From NCBI GenBank assembly GCA_963702845.1, contig OY969763.1:5312001-5376000 (forward strand): 64,000 bases of DNA, in the 5' to 3' direction. Source of the stretch: an uncultured Verrucomicrobiae bacterium. GTDB lineage: Bacteria; Verrucomicrobiota; Verrucomicrobiia; Limisphaerales; Palsa-1400. Both the position numbers and the translations under genes were made by a program. Under the pieces are notes generated by a model. That model made no database searches and was not told the DNA's origin. It worked only from the letters and a program-made list of their open reading frames with translations. Below are positions 29,825-40,805 of this stretch, piece after piece; within the stretch, counting starts at the first letter, position 1; each line of letters begins with the position of its first letter.

Positions 29825-31282
29825 ATGATCGATAATGCCCGAGCTGGTGCCGCTATGGCGGACTTGAAGAATGCGCCGAGACGAGTTTCTGAGATTACTC
29901 CCAAGATCGATCGTTTGCCGCCGCACTCGATCGAAGCGGAACAAGGCGTCCTCGGATGTTTATTGTTGTCGCCTAATGATTGTATCGGTCAATGCATCGA
30001 GAAACTGAAGCCGGGCGCGGAGGTTTTCTATGATCTGCGGCATCGCGAGCTTTATTCCACGTTGGTCGAGATGTTCGACGAGAAGCATGCGATCGATCAG
30101 CTCACGGTGGCGCAACGGTTGAAGGACCGGCAGCAATTGGATGGGATGGGCGGGCTTGGTTATTTGGCGTCGTTGCCGGATATGGTGCCTTCGGCGGCGA
30201 ACATGGAGTATTACGTCGATATCGTTTGGGAGAAGTATCTGCTTCGCAAGATGCTCCATACTTGCACGGATATCGCGGGCCGGGTTTATGAGTTTGAAGG
30301 GGAAATCGATGCGCTGCTCGATGAGGCGGAAAAGGACATTTTAAAGATCAGCGAGTCGCGCATGGAAGGCCAGAACCTGACGATGAAGGAGCTGGTCAAT
30401 AGCGCGATCAATAAGATCGAGGAGTTTCACCAGAACCAGGGGCAGCTTACCGGTATCGGGACCGGGTTTTTGGATTTGGACAGGATGACGACGGGGTTGC
30501 ACGCAGGGGAAATGGTGGTGATCGCGGCCCGTCCGTCGGTGGGTAAGACGTCGTTGGCGATGAATATTGCGGAGTATGTGTCGCTGGAGCTGAAGCAGCC
30601 GGTGGGGGTGTTCAGCCTGGAAATGACGGCGGAGTCGCTGGTGTTGCGTATGCTTTGTTCGCGGGCACGGGTGAATATGCGCAAGATTCGGGATGGATTC
30701 CTCGCGGAACGAGATTTTCCAAAGCTGACGGGCACGGCCGGGAAGTTGACAAGCGCGCCGTTGTTTATTGATGACAGTTCAGGGATGTCTGTATTACAGC
30801 TTCGGGCCAAGGCGCGGCGGATGTGGCAGCAGTACGGTATCAAGTTGTTTGTCATTGACTACCTCCAGCTACTCCATTCTACTTCGCGACGAGCTGAGAA
30901 CCGGCAACAGGAAATTGCCGAAATCTCTGGTGGTATCAAGGCTTTGGCGAAGGAACTGAAGGTTCCGGTCATCGTGCTTGCCCAGTTGAATCGTGACCTG
31001 GAAAAACGCGGGCCCGGAGAACGTCCGCGCTTGTCCGATTTGCGCGAATCCGGCTCAATTGAACAGGATGCGGACCTGGTTTGTTTGCTGTATCGAGAAT
31101 CGAAAAAAGAAGCCGAAGAAGAAGGCAGTGAATTTGAACAGGACGCAATATCCGTGAAACTTTTTGTCGCCAAACAACGTAACGGCCCGGTCGGCGAAGT
31201 CGACCTGACTTTCTTGAAGAGCATCACGCGCTTCGAAAGTGCCGCGCGAGTCGATGCGGGAGACGTCCCGGCGGAAGGCTGA
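29825..31282 (+). CDS. dnaB: Replicative DNA helicase
   Basis: PPHSIEAEQGVLG, AARPSVGKT (Walker A), FSLEM, IDYLQL, SDLRESGSIEQDAD, KQRNGP; no intein. Confidence 0.98.
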   Translation: MIDNARAGAAMADLKNAPRRVSEITPKIDRLPPHSIEAEQGVLGCLLLSPNDCIGQCIEKLKPGAEVFYDLRHRELYSTLVEMFDEKHAIDQLTVAQRLKDRQQLDGMGGLGYLASLPDMVPSAANMEYYVDIVWEKYLLRKMLHTCTDIAGRVYEFEGEIDALLDEAEKDILKISESRMEGQNLTMKELVNSAINKIEEFHQNQGQLTGIGTGFLDLDRMTTGLHAGEMVVIAARPSVGKTSLAMNIAEYVSLELKQPVGVFSLEMTAESLVLRMLCSRARVNMRKIRDGFLAERDFPKLTGTAGKLTSAPLFIDDSSGMSVLQLRAKARRMWQQYGIKLFVIDYLQLLHSTSRRAENRQQEIAEISGGIKALAKELKVPVIVLAQLNRDLEKRGPGERPRLSDLRESGSIEQDADLVCLLYRESKKEAEEEGSEFEQDAISVKLFVAKQRNGPVGEVDLTFLKSITRFESAARVDAGDVPAEG

Positions 31283-33834
31283 TGACGTTGTCCCCTCATA
31301 AAGCCAAGTGGTTTTGTAGAACCGGCGCCCGCAATGTTAACCGCTTGCTTACGCGCGCGGCTCTGCTGCTGTGTTTGTTCCTCGCGGCTTTCTCCTCCAA
31401 CGCGCAACAGAAGATTTCCAAGATTGTCGTCGAAAACATCGGTCCTCCGGCGGCCAGTGAATCGCTGGTTCGTTCCAATATTCGCAGCAAGGACGGCGAG
31501 GATTATTCGCGCCTGACGCTGGACCAGGATATCAAGAATCTTTACGGGACGGGTTTGTTCTACAACGTGCGCGCGGCGGGGCAGAATTCGCCGCAGGGTT
31601 TCGTGATCACGTTCGTGCTCGAAGGCAAGCCGCGCCTGACGGACATCAAATTTGCGGGGAACAAAAAGTATAGCAACAGCCGGCTGAAGAAGAAGCTTAA
31701 GTCCAAGGTCGGTGAGCCATTGAATGAGCAGAAGCTGTTTGCGGATGCGCAGGCGATCCAAGAGATGTACGAGAAGGCGGGCTATCAGAAGACGACGGTG
31801 CGTTACGAGACGAGCATCGACGAAGCGAACGGGACGGGCACCGCGACGTTTGTGGTGCGGGAGACGCCGAAGATTAAAATTAAGGACATCGTTTTTGAGC
31901 ACGCGACGGCGTTTAAGCAACGGCAATTGCGCAAGGTGCTTAAAACGAAACGGAGTTGGATGTTTTCCTGGCTGACAGGTTCGGGTGTCGTGAAAGAGGA
32001 GGAATTTGAGGACGATAAGGATCGGCTGATCGAGCATTACCAGGACGCGGGCTACATCGATTTTGTCATCAAAGACATTCGGACGAATCAAGTCAGCCCC
32101 AATAAAATCATTTTGACGTTCGACCTGTCAGAGGGGCGGCAATACAAGGTTGGATCGGTGGAGTTTAAGGGCAACGCGCTTTTCACCACGAATGATTTTC
32201 TCAAGGGCGTGCAAGAGGTTACGAATAGCAAGCCGCAGTCGGTGTGGGTCCGGTGGTTTAGCCCGAACCGGCCGAAAACTTCGTTGCATCTGAAGATGGT
32301 GTCTGGTCAGACGTTCACGCCGGTGGGTTTGAGTCGTGACCTCGATGCGTTGCGCGATATTTACGGCACGCGTGGGTATGTGGATGTGCAACACGGCGGC
32401 GCGACGCGCATTATTGCCCGGCAGATTCCAAATCCGACGACGGGCACGATGGACCTTGTTTACGACATCGAAGAAGGCGACAAGCTTTACATCGAAAAGA
32501 TCGAGATTAAAGGGAACACCAAGACGAAAGATCGCGTGATCCGACGCGAGTTGGCCGTGTCGCCCGGTGAAGTTTACGACATGGTGCGGGTGAAGTTGAG
32601 CGAGCAACGTTTGAAGAACCTCGATTATTTCGAGAAGGTTGAATCGACACCGGAAGACACGGACGTCGGCCCGACGCACAAGAATCTCGTGATCGGCGTG
32701 GATGAAAAGAGCACGGGTAATTTGGTCGTCGGCGCGGGGTTCAGCTCGGTGGATGCGATTGTTGGATTTGCAGAAGTTTCGGAAGGCAACTTTGATTTGT
32801 TCAAGCCGCCGACGTTCCGCGGTGGCGGGCAGAAGTTCCGGTTGCGCGCGCAATTGGGAACGGAACGGCAGGACTATGAACTGACGTTTATTGAACCATG
32901 GCTGTTCGGCCGGAAGCTATCGCTGGGCGTGAACCTGTTTCATCGCGATCTCGGATTCGTCAGCTTGAACGACATGTATGACGAAATCCACAGCGGCGGC
33001 ACATTGAGCCTGACGCGCGCGTTGGGTACCGATTTCCTCATCGGCAAGGTGAGCTACACGTTCGACGCGGTTGATACGAAGATCAACTCTGGTTTCCATA
33101 CCAACACCCTTTTGGTTCCAACCGTGGACCCGCAGCATCCCGGTTTCAATCCCGTAACGTCAGTTCCACCAAATATTTCACAGGAGATTTGGAACCAGCG
33201 TGGCAATCGAACCGTTTCGAAAATTGGAACGTCAATCGCGTATGACACGGCAAATTCGCCGTTGCTGCCGACGCGCGGTCAGCACACCGAGTTTTTGACG
33301 GAAGTGGCTGGCGGACCTTTCGGTGGCGACACGGAATTTTATAAGCTTGAACTGCGCACGGCGTGGTTCTTCCGCGGCTTCCGCACAGGACATGTGTTGG
33401 AGTTCGACGGGCGTACAGGCGTGGTGGCCGGTTTCGGCGCGCCGAATCAAGTGCCGATTTCGGACCGGTTTTTCCTCGGCGGTTTGGAATCGTTGCGCGG
33501 CTATCGTTATCGGCAGGTTGGCCCGACGGATCAGTTCGGCGAACCGCTGGGTGGCAGCACTTATTGGTACGGGACGGTCGAATATAGCATCCCAGTGATT
33601 GAACGAATTCGGGTGGCGGCGTTCTATGATATTGGAAATGTTTACGCTTCACCATATAGCTTCAGCTCTGGTCCAAATCGCGGGCTATACAGCGACAACT
33701 GGGGCCTTGGGTTGCGCCTCGACTTGCCAATCGGTCCGCTTCGGCTGGACTATGGCATCCCGATTACGCATGATGCCAATATTAGCGGCAGCGGTCGCTT
33801 CCAGTTCGGCGTGGGATATCGTCATTCGTTCTAA
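31282..33834 (+). CDS. bamA: Outer membrane protein assembly factor BamA
   Basis: POTRA repeats (GNTKTKDRVIRREL), FFLGGLESLRGY, GPLRLDYG, C-terminal Phe. Confidence 0.96.
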   Translation: MTLSPHKAKWFCRTGARNVNRLLTRAALLLCLFLAAFSSNAQQKISKIVVENIGPPAASESLVRSNIRSKDGEDYSRLTLDQDIKNLYGTGLFYNVRAAGQNSPQGFVITFVLEGKPRLTDIKFAGNKKYSNSRLKKKLKSKVGEPLNEQKLFADAQAIQEMYEKAGYQKTTVRYETSIDEANGTGTATFVVRETPKIKIKDIVFEHATAFKQRQLRKVLKTKRSWMFSWLTGSGVVKEEEFEDDKDRLIEHYQDAGYIDFVIKDIRTNQVSPNKIILTFDLSEGRQYKVGSVEFKGNALFTTNDFLKGVQEVTNSKPQSVWVRWFSPNRPKTSLHLKMVSGQTFTPVGLSRDLDALRDIYGTRGYVDVQHGGATRIIARQIPNPTTGTMDLVYDIEEGDKLYIEKIEIKGNTKTKDRVIRRELAVSPGEVYDMVRVKLSEQRLKNLDYFEKVESTPEDTDVGPTHKNLVIGVDEKSTGNLVVGAGFSSVDAIVGFAEVSEGNFDLFKPPTFRGGGQKFRLRAQLGTERQDYELTFIEPWLFGRKLSLGVNLFHRDLGFVSLNDMYDEIHSGGTLSLTRALGTDFLIGKVSYTFDAVDTKINSGFHTNTLLVPTVDPQHPGFNPVTSVPPNISQEIWNQRGNRTVSKIGTSIAYDTANSPLLPTRGQHTEFLTEVAGGPFGGDTEFYKLELRTAWFFRGFRTGHVLEFDGRTGVVAGFGAPNQVPISDRFFLGGLESLRGYRYRQVGPTDQFGEPLGGSTYWYGTVEYSIPVIERIRVAAFYDIGNVYASPYSFSSGPNRGLYSDNWGLGLRLDLPIGPLRLDYGIPITHDANISGSGRFQFGVGYRHSF

Positions 33835-33837
33835 AGT

Positions 33838-34488
33838 ATGAAAAATATCGTTAAGAAAGTGGTTTTGGCGGGTGTGGTGTGTTCGGTGATTGCATACGGC
33901 GGCATGGCACGCGCGGAAGTTAAAATCGCGACCATTGACCTGCGCAAAGTGTTCGATAGCTATTACAAGACCAAACAGGCCGACCAGATTCTCAAGAAGG
34001 AAGCAGATGACGTCCAGAAGGAACGTAAGGATGTCATCGATAAATATAAAAAGCTTGAGGAGGATTGGAAAGGTTTGATCAACCGCGCGAATGACCAGGC
34101 GCTCTCATCCGAAGAACGCGACAAGGCGAAGCAACAGGCTGAACGCAAGTTGGTCGAACTGCGCGAGACGGAACAGGCCGTGAACGACTACGATCGTGTG
34201 GCGCAACAGAAGCTTTTTGAGAAGAAGAAATTGAAATGGGACGCCATCGTCACCGAAATCCGCCAAGTCGTAAACACCAAGTGTAAAGGCGCTGGATACA
34301 ATCTGGTTTTGGATTCATCGGGCGACACGATGAATAACACGCCGATGGTGCTCTATACCGATGGCCAGAACGACGTGACTGATATGATTTTGAAGGAGCT
34401 CAATGCGACTGCGCCGACGTCGACCAAGTCTGACACCAGCTCCGATGCAAAGACGGGCAGTGCACTGACACAGCCTGCATCGAAATAA
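33838..34488 (+). CDS. skp: OmpH/Skp periplasmic chaperone
   Basis: Signal peptide, KIATIDLRKVF, coiled coil, YNLVLD, DVTDMILKELN; follows bamA. Confidence 0.9.
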   Translation: MKNIVKKVVLAGVVCSVIAYGGMARAEVKIATIDLRKVFDSYYKTKQADQILKKEADDVQKERKDVIDKYKKLEEDWKGLINRANDQALSSEERDKAKQQAERKLVELRETEQAVNDYDRVAQQKLFEKKKLKWDAIVTEIRQVVNTKCKGAGYNLVLDSSGDTMNNTPMVLYTDGQNDVTDMILKELNATAPTSTKSDTSSDAKTGSALTQPASK

Positions 34489-34511
34489 CGGTTCATCTCG
34501 CGAAAGTTTTC

Positions 34512-34548
34512 AGGCGCACCGGTTCACGCTGGTGCGCCTTTCGCTTTT
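34512..34548 (+). terminator. Intrinsic terminator after skp (possibly bidirectional)
   Basis: AGGCGCACCGG-TTCACG-CTGGTGCGCCT followed by TTCGCTTTT. Confidence 0.75.
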
Positions 34549-34558
34549 CGGAGGGTGC

Positions 34559-36604
34559 CTACTTCGCTGCGGCGCGGAGGAGTTGCAGTTGGTTGGCAGC
34601 TTCGGCGTAGTTGGGGCGTTGCTGGAGGGCGCTTAGATATTCAGCTTTGGCTTCCTCCATTTTGCCTTGCTTGAATAACGCGAAACCGAGGTTGAAATGC
34701 GCTTCGGGGTTGTCGTTTTTAATTTGAATCGCTTTACGGTATTCGGCGATGGCTTCCGCGAGCTTTTCGCGTTGGGCGAAGACGTTGCCTAGGTTGTTGT
34801 GGGCTTGAGGGTCTTCGGGACTGATGCGCAGGCACGCATCGTATTCAGCGATGGCCTGGTCGAATTTCGCTTCGGCCTCGGCGGTTTTGCTTTGGGTGAG
34901 AAGATTATTGCCTTGGGCGGCGTAGGCGTTGCCCAAATTGCTGTGGGCGCTGGCGTAATTGTCTTTATAACGCTCGGCTGATTGGAACTGCTCAATGGCT
35001 TCGTCCAAGTGGCCTTTCATGGCGAGTGCGATGCCGTAGTTATTGTGGGCATCGGCATGGGCAGGGTCTTCTTCGAGAGCGACCCGGTATTCGTGAATGG
35101 CGGCGTCAATTTCGCCGATGTTCGAAAGCGCATTGCCCAGGTTGTTGTGCGCTTCGGTCAGCTTGCGATTAATGCCGAGCGCTTTTTTGTATTCTTCGAT
35201 TGCCTCTTGGTAACGGCCCATACCGGCCAGGCAATAGCCGAAATTATTATGCGCGTCTTCGTAGGTGGGTTTGATCTCGATGGCTTTTTTGTAGAACTCC
35301 ATGGCGCGTTGCGGTTCGCCTTTGTTGGAAAGGTAATAACCAAGATTGTTATAGGCGAGGTAGTTGTCGTGCGTGACGTCTACGGCATGTAAGAAAAGCG
35401 TTTCGCTGTTTTTCCAGTAGCCGGCCTGGATAGGTGTGAGCACGCAGCAGCTACCAATCGCAATTACTGCCATTGTTGTGAGCGCCGCGCGAACGCGCAC
35501 GAACTCCATCGCCGCCCACGTCACCGCGATGAACAAACCAATCATCGGCACGTAGCTGTAGCGATCCGCCATGGATTGAATGCCGACCTGCACGATACCA
35601 ATAACCGGAATAAGCATTCCCAAAAACCAAAACCAGCCCACAGCCAAATACGGGCGCGGACGGATTTGCCGAATCACTAGTGTGGTGAGCGCGGCGAGAA
35701 TGACAATCGACATGATGATCAACCACCACGGCCATTGGCCGGGATGTGGGTAGAGAATGGAAAGATTGGTTGGCCAAAGTGTTTTACCGACGTAGCGCAC
35801 GTAGGCTACGAACATGTTCTCGACGCGTTGGGCAATTGTTAAACTACTCAATGACGAGACCGCGCCGCCGAGTTGCTGGACGGAAAACGTCACGACGCTG
35901 GAGGTGATCGCGAGCACTATGTAGGGGATCTTTTCAAGAACAGGACGCCGCACGTTGCGAAGGCTGAGTTGCGAAATGTCGATTCGCTTGAGCGGCCAAA
36001 CATCGAGCAGCAAGAGGATGAACGGTAACGTCACGACCATTGGCTTGCTCATCAGCGCGAGCGCAAAGAAAATGAGTGAAGCGGCGAACCACTTCGCCCG
36101 TTGGGCCGGCGTTTGCACATAGCGGGCATAAGCACCCACGGTCAGAATCCAGAAAAACGTGCTCAGCACATCTTTGCGTTCCGAAACCCACGCGACCGAT
36201 TCGACGCGCATCGGATGCAACGCAAACAACGCTGCCACGAATGCGCTTGCCCAAATCGCGCCGGTCATTCGACGCAACAGCAGGAACATCAAAACCGAAT
36301 TGGCGGCATGAAAAAGCAGGTTCGTGAGGTGATGGCCCATTGGCTTGAGACCGTAGAGCTGAATGTCGAGCATGTGGGAAATCCACGTAAGCGGATGCCA
36401 GTTGCTCGAGTGCCCCGTCGTCAATGCCCACTTCAAGCTTTCGGCGGTGATGCCGTGATGAATGTTCTGGTTGTTGGTGATGTAGCCGAGGTCGTCGTAA
36501 TTGACGAAGTCGGAATTCAGCACCGGCCAGAAAACACCGAAGACGGCCAACACCAGTCCGAGGCAAATCAGGATTGTGAAATTTGTGCTCTTCGACTGCA
36601 CCAT
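34559..36604 (-). CDS. TMTC-like GT-C membrane glycosyltransferase with C-terminal TPR repeats
   Basis: FVNYDD, WHPLTWISH, LFALHPMRVESVAWVSERKD, ADRYSY, WKNSETLF, then about 7 TPRs (AHNNLGNAL). Confidence 0.88.
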   Translation of the reverse strand: MVQSKSTNFTILICLGLVLAVFGVFWPVLNSDFVNYDDLGYITNNQNIHHGITAESLKWALTTGHSSNWHPLTWISHMLDIQLYGLKPMGHHLTNLLFHAANSVLMFLLLRRMTGAIWASAFVAALFALHPMRVESVAWVSERKDVLSTFFWILTVGAYARYVQTPAQRAKWFAASLIFFALALMSKPMVVTLPFILLLLDVWPLKRIDISQLSLRNVRRPVLEKIPYIVLAITSSVVTFSVQQLGGAVSSLSSLTIAQRVENMFVAYVRYVGKTLWPTNLSILYPHPGQWPWWLIIMSIVILAALTTLVIRQIRPRPYLAVGWFWFLGMLIPVIGIVQVGIQSMADRYSYVPMIGLFIAVTWAAMEFVRVRAALTTMAVIAIGSCCVLTPIQAGYWKNSETLFLHAVDVTHDNYLAYNNLGYYLSNKGEPQRAMEFYKKAIEIKPTYEDAHNNFGYCLAGMGRYQEAIEEYKKALGINRKLTEAHNNLGNALSNIGEIDAAIHEYRVALEEDPAHADAHNNYGIALAMKGHLDEAIEQFQSAERYKDNYASAHSNLGNAYAAQGNNLLTQSKTAEAEAKFDQAIAEYDACLRISPEDPQAHNNLGNVFAQREKLAEAIAEYRKAIQIKNDNPEAHFNLGFALFKQGKMEEAKAEYLSALQQRPNYAEAANQLQLLRAAAK

Positions 36605-36660
36605 GAATCACCCATTTTGGCCGGAAATCGCGCCTGAAGAAATAAATTTTTGGCGTGCCG

Positions 36661-37456
36661 CTATTTTACGGCTACCGAAATTGATGCGGCTGTGGCGCGC
36701 GCCGGGAGGTTTTTCGGGAACAGAGATGAGTTGCTCATGTTCCACTTGGCGAGGCGGAACTTTGCGGCGGTACCGAGGCAGCCGAAGCCGTATTTGACGC
36801 TGCGGCGGAAATTAATTGAGGAGGCTTCTTTGAAATATTTCGTGGGGCAACTGATCTCGGCGATGGTGTAGCCGAACCACAAAATCTGCGCGAGCATCTG
36901 ATTGTCAAAAACGAAGTCGTTAGAGTTTTCGGTCAAAGGAAGGCGCTCCAGAATTTCACGGGAGAACGCGCGATAGCCAGTGTGATACTCGGACAAGTTT
37001 TGCGCCGAGCAGGATGTTTTCGGCAGCGGTGAGAAAACGATTGGCGACGTATTTCCATGCCGGCATTCCGCCCTGCAAAGCGTAGCCGCCGAGAATGCGA
37101 GAGCCGAGGACGCACGGATACAAACCACTGGCGATGAGCGAGGCCATCGCGGGAATGAGGTGCGGTGTGTACTGCGAGTCCGGATGGACCATGATGACGA
37201 TGTCGGCGTCTTCTTGCAGCGCGAGGCGATAGCAGCTTTTTTGGTTTCCGCCGTAGCCGAGGTTTTTCTCGTGGGTGAAAACGATTGTGTTCGGAAGTGT
37301 TTTTGCGATCGCAGTCGTTTCGTCGCGGCTGCAGTCGTCCACGATGATGACTTTGTCGACCACGCCTTGCTGCATCACTTCGTCGTACGTGCGCACGAGC
37401 GTTTTGGCCGCGTTGTAGGCGGGCATGACGACGATGACTTTTTTATCGCGGAACAT
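36661..37456 (-). CDS. GT2 polyprenol-phosphate glycosyltransferase (DPM1-like); apparent +1 frameshift near 36996
   Basis: [31 protein letters not shown] in ORF 36956-37456. It continues [14 protein letters not shown]...FVFDNQML in the frame of ORF 36661-37128. Confidence 0.85.
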
Positions 37457-37537
37457 ATTTTCGCTGCGTCGGATTGTTCAGAACAGCGTGCGTGAAAAAT
37501 GTGGTGAACTCAAGAAATTCGGGAGAAAAACGGACTG

Positions 37538-39154
37538 CTATTCGCTCTTCTTTCGACTGGCTTTGACTTGCGCGGAGAAGAGTTCCATCTGGCGTTGCCA
37601 CTCGCGCTCCAGGGATTTCACCTTGTCAGGATTTTTTGCGGCAAGGTTGCTCGATTCGGCACGGTCGGTGCGAAGGTCGTAGAGTTCCCATGGGTTTTCG
37701 TGATCGGCGACGAGTTTCCAATCGCCGACGCGAATGGCGCGGTTGCCTTCGTGATACCACCAAAAGCTGTCATGTTTCACGGTGTCGTCGTGTTTAAAGA
37801 CGGGAACAAGACTTTTGCCGGGTGCCACGGGCGCAGATTTCGGATGCTCGGGTTTCTTTTGGCCAGCGAGTTCAAGAATCGTTGGGACGAGGTCGATGAC
37901 GTGACCGGGATTTTCGCGCAATTCGCCGCGTGCGTGAATGCCTTGTGGCCAATGGACGATCAATGGTGTCGTGATTCCGCCTTCGTGCACCCAACTTTTG
38001 TGAAGGCGAAAGGGCGTGTTGGCGGCGCTCGCCCAACCCGGGCCGATGGAGAGGAATGATTTCGCTGAACCGGGCACGGCGTTTTTGTCATTGCCGTCGC
38101 CGCGAATCATTTGCTCGGCGCTAGCGCCATTGTCGGACAGAAAGAAAACGATCGTGTTGTCGAACGCGCCAATGGTTTTGAGGCGGTCAATGACTCGACC
38201 GATTTCGATGTCCATGCGATGGACCATTGCGGCGTGCACGGACATTTTGATCGGTTGAAATTGTTTTTGTACGGAAGTCAGAGTGTCCCATGGAAGCGCG
38301 TGGGCGACTTCGCCGGGGCCGACCATGTCGCGTAACTTTGCTTCGGGGAAATTCCAGGATGGGATGATGTCGGGATCAAGCTTGGACAATTCGCAATGCA
38401 CCAAGCCCATGTTTTTCATCCGGTCGTAACGTTCGGCGCGTAATGCGTCCCATCCTTCGACGTAGCGGTCTTTGTAAACGGCGATGTCTTCAGGTGGCGC
38501 CTGCACTGGCCAATGAGGACAGGTGAACGCGAGATAGAGAAAGAACGGCTCGTTGCTGTGTTGGTCTTTGTGGGCACTGAGCATGTCCATCGCGTGTTGG
38601 GCGATGGCGGTGGTTGTGTAGAAGCCGGAGTTTGGTTTGAAGGGCGGCAGCGGCTTGTCGTCGAGCGTGTGATGTTTTGGGTTGAAGTTGTGGTCGTAGT
38701 CGTAGAGCGCGTAAGAGTGCTCAAACCCGCCTGCGAGCACGGGGCCATCGACATGCCATTTGCCGGAGTGATAGGAGCGGTAGCCGAGTGGTTTCAACAT
38801 TTGCGGGAGCAGCTTCGCCCATTCGGGTCGCTTGCCATTTGAACCGCCGCCGAGGCCGGGCAACCCATCGCGGCTGACTTGTTGCGCGTAATAGCCGGTC
38901 AAAATCGCGGCGCGCGAGGGCCAGCAACGGGCGGTGTTGTAAAACTGGGTGAATCGCAATCCGCCTTGGGCGAGTTTGTCGAGATTTGGGGTGTGAATTT
39001 CTCCGCCATAACAACCGGCGTCGGAGAAACCCATGTCGTCGGCGAGGATGATGACGACGTTTGGTTTGACGGGCGCAGCTTGGAGAGACGAAGCGATAAC
39101 TACGAATATCGCCAATGTGATTCGCAGTAGCAGATTCGTTATTCTGTCGTGCAT
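37538..39154 (-). CDS. Arylsulfatase (formylglycine-dependent), secreted
   Basis: Signal peptide, ILADDMGFSD, CWPSRA (CxPxR), SGKWH, LSDNG, WELYDL. Confidence 0.95.
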   Translation of the reverse strand: MHDRITNLLLRITLAIFVVIASSLQAAPVKPNVVIILADDMGFSDAGCYGGEIHTPNLDKLAQGGLRFTQFYNTARCWPSRAAILTGYYAQQVSRDGLPGLGGGSNGKRPEWAKLLPQMLKPLGYRSYHSGKWHVDGPVLAGGFEHSYALYDYDHNFNPKHHTLDDKPLPPFKPNSGFYTTTAIAQHAMDMLSAHKDQHSNEPFFLYLAFTCPHWPVQAPPEDIAVYKDRYVEGWDALRAERYDRMKNMGLVHCELSKLDPDIIPSWNFPEAKLRDMVGPGEVAHALPWDTLTSVQKQFQPIKMSVHAAMVHRMDIEIGRVIDRLKTIGAFDNTIVFFLSDNGASAEQMIRGDGNDKNAVPGSAKSFLSIGPGWASAANTPFRLHKSWVHEGGITTPLIVHWPQGIHARGELRENPGHVIDLVPTILELAGQKKPEHPKSAPVAPGKSLVPVFKHDDTVKHDSFWWYHEGNRAIRVGDWKLVADHENPWELYDLRTDRAESSNLAAKNPDKVKSLEREWQRQMELFSAQVKASRKKSE

Positions 39155-39167
39155 TGGTGCAATTTTA

Positions 39168-39191
39168 GAGACTCGTCACCTCGTCTCCTAC
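39168..39191 (-). repeat. GTAG-type REP-like palindrome
   Basis: GTAG-GAGAC-GAGGTGACGA-GTCTC in a 42-bp intergenic gap. Confidence 0.5.
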
Positions 39192-39196
39192 AAAAA

Positions 39197-40040
39197 TTAT
39201 GGGCGGAAGCCGAAGGACAGTTTTACGGCGCGATATTCCGGATGCACTTCGCCGGTTTTTGTCCTGATGATCAACTGAGGCTCGGTCCACGTGCGGTCGC
39301 GCATGTCTGGCGGGATGTCGCTCGAACGAACCATCGCAAAGAGACCGAGCAACGGTGGTTCGCCTTCGCGTAATGTGACTGGACGCCAACGAATGATGGT
39401 AAATCCGGATTGTCTCGCGGCCTCGCGGACGCGTTCGTGTTGTGGATTCTGGATTCACCGGGAATACACAGGCAAACCAACCGGCGGGAGCCAGATGTTC
39501 GGAGGCGGTTTTGCAGTAGTCGGCGATGTTTCCGCGCATTTCGAAACGGCACGCGACTTTTTGGGGATGTTCGCTTTGAATGCCGGAGCCGGGCGGGAAA
39601 TACGGTGGGCTGCCGAGAATGAGATCAAATTTTTCGTCCGGACGAAGAGCGGTTGGCTCGCGGAAGTCGCCAGTGCGGATGTCGAAACGGTCCTGCACGC
39701 CGTTCCACTGCGCCGATTTTTTTGCGAGCGCGACGCTCTCGGTTTGTGCTTCAACGGTGACGAATCGCGCGGCTGGCAAACGCCAGGCGGCGATCATGGC
39801 GACGGTTCCGATGCCGCTGCCGAGGTCGAGAACGGTTCGGGCAGTCGCGCACCACGTCGTTCCATACCAAGCGGTCAGAAGGTCGTCGGTGGAAAAGCGG
39901 TGGCCTTTCTCCAGTTGGAACAAGCGAAAGAAACCGCTGATCGCGTCCAAGGTTTCGCCGACGGCGGCTGGTTCCTGCGCCTGTGCGCCCGGCGGAATCG
40001 GTCCCGGTTTAGTCCAACCTTTGAAAGTCGCCTCAATCAC
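39197..40040 (-). CDS. SAM-dependent methyltransferase (TrmN6/YfiC-like); apparent frameshift near 39445
   Basis: GHRFSTDDLL, VLDLGSGIG, GSPPY. After the GAATCCAGAATCCA duplication a plausible C-terminus (QHERVREAARQSG...LSFGFRP*) lies in another frame ending at 39197. Confidence 0.75.
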
Positions 40041-40114
40041 TGGCGCACATTACCGGAACAGTTGTGTGTTCGTAAGTTTGAACTTTCAGGACGGCCACTT
40101 AAACTGAATCCGTC

Positions 40115-40805
40115 GTGAGAACGAATTGGTATCTACTGCAATCCGGGCCGTGCGCCTACGACTACAACATGGCGCTCGACGAAGCGCTGATGGATTGCGC
40201 GGCGGAAATCGGAGCGCCGGTGTTGCGGTTTTATGGGTGGACGGAACCGGCGGCGAGCTTCGGGTATTCGCAACGATACGCTGAGATTGAACACGCGACG
40301 ATGTTGCGTCCTCTCGTGCGACGTCCGACTGGTGGCGGGCTTGTGCCGCATGATGTGGATTGGACTTATAGCCTGACGTTTCCGCCGGAGCACTATTGGT
40401 ATCATCTCAAAGCCATCGAAAGTTACGAGCGCGTGCATGAATGGATTTGTGACGCGTTCGCGCGAATGAAGGTCGTGACGACGCTTTCGCCCGGGAACTC
40501 CGAAGGCATTGCCCGGACAATGTTTTATTGGTTCGGAAAAGTTCGATGTGCTTTGGTTTGGAAAGAAAATCGCGGGCGCTGCGCAACGGCGGTCGCGCAA
40601 AGGATTGTTGATCCAGGGATCCATTCAACCGCCGCCAGATTTCACTGGCCCAGAATGGAATGGCAGACGGCGATGTGCCAATCAGCACACGAGAAATACG
40701 ACGCAGATTGGGCTCCACTACAGGTGCAAGGGCATCTCGCGGAGGTGACGGAGGCGCTTGCGAACCTCAAAGTATTCGCAAAACAGCTTCAACAAAAGCC
40801 GCTAG
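40115..40805 (+). CDS. Lipoate-protein ligase/octanoyltransferase (LipM/LplA-like); several apparent frameshifts
   Basis: [22 protein letters not shown]. The conserved [10 protein letters not shown]...IQGSI is in the frame of ORF 40509-40748, and the likely true end [11 protein letters not shown] is at 40805. Confidence 0.8.

Noticed and set aside
8117..32091. Long antisense ORFs (8117-9361, 18858-20183, 24730-26418, 30859-32091)
   Set aside because: They lie opposite uvrC, mnmG, parC and dnaB/bamA, and their composition is not protein-like.
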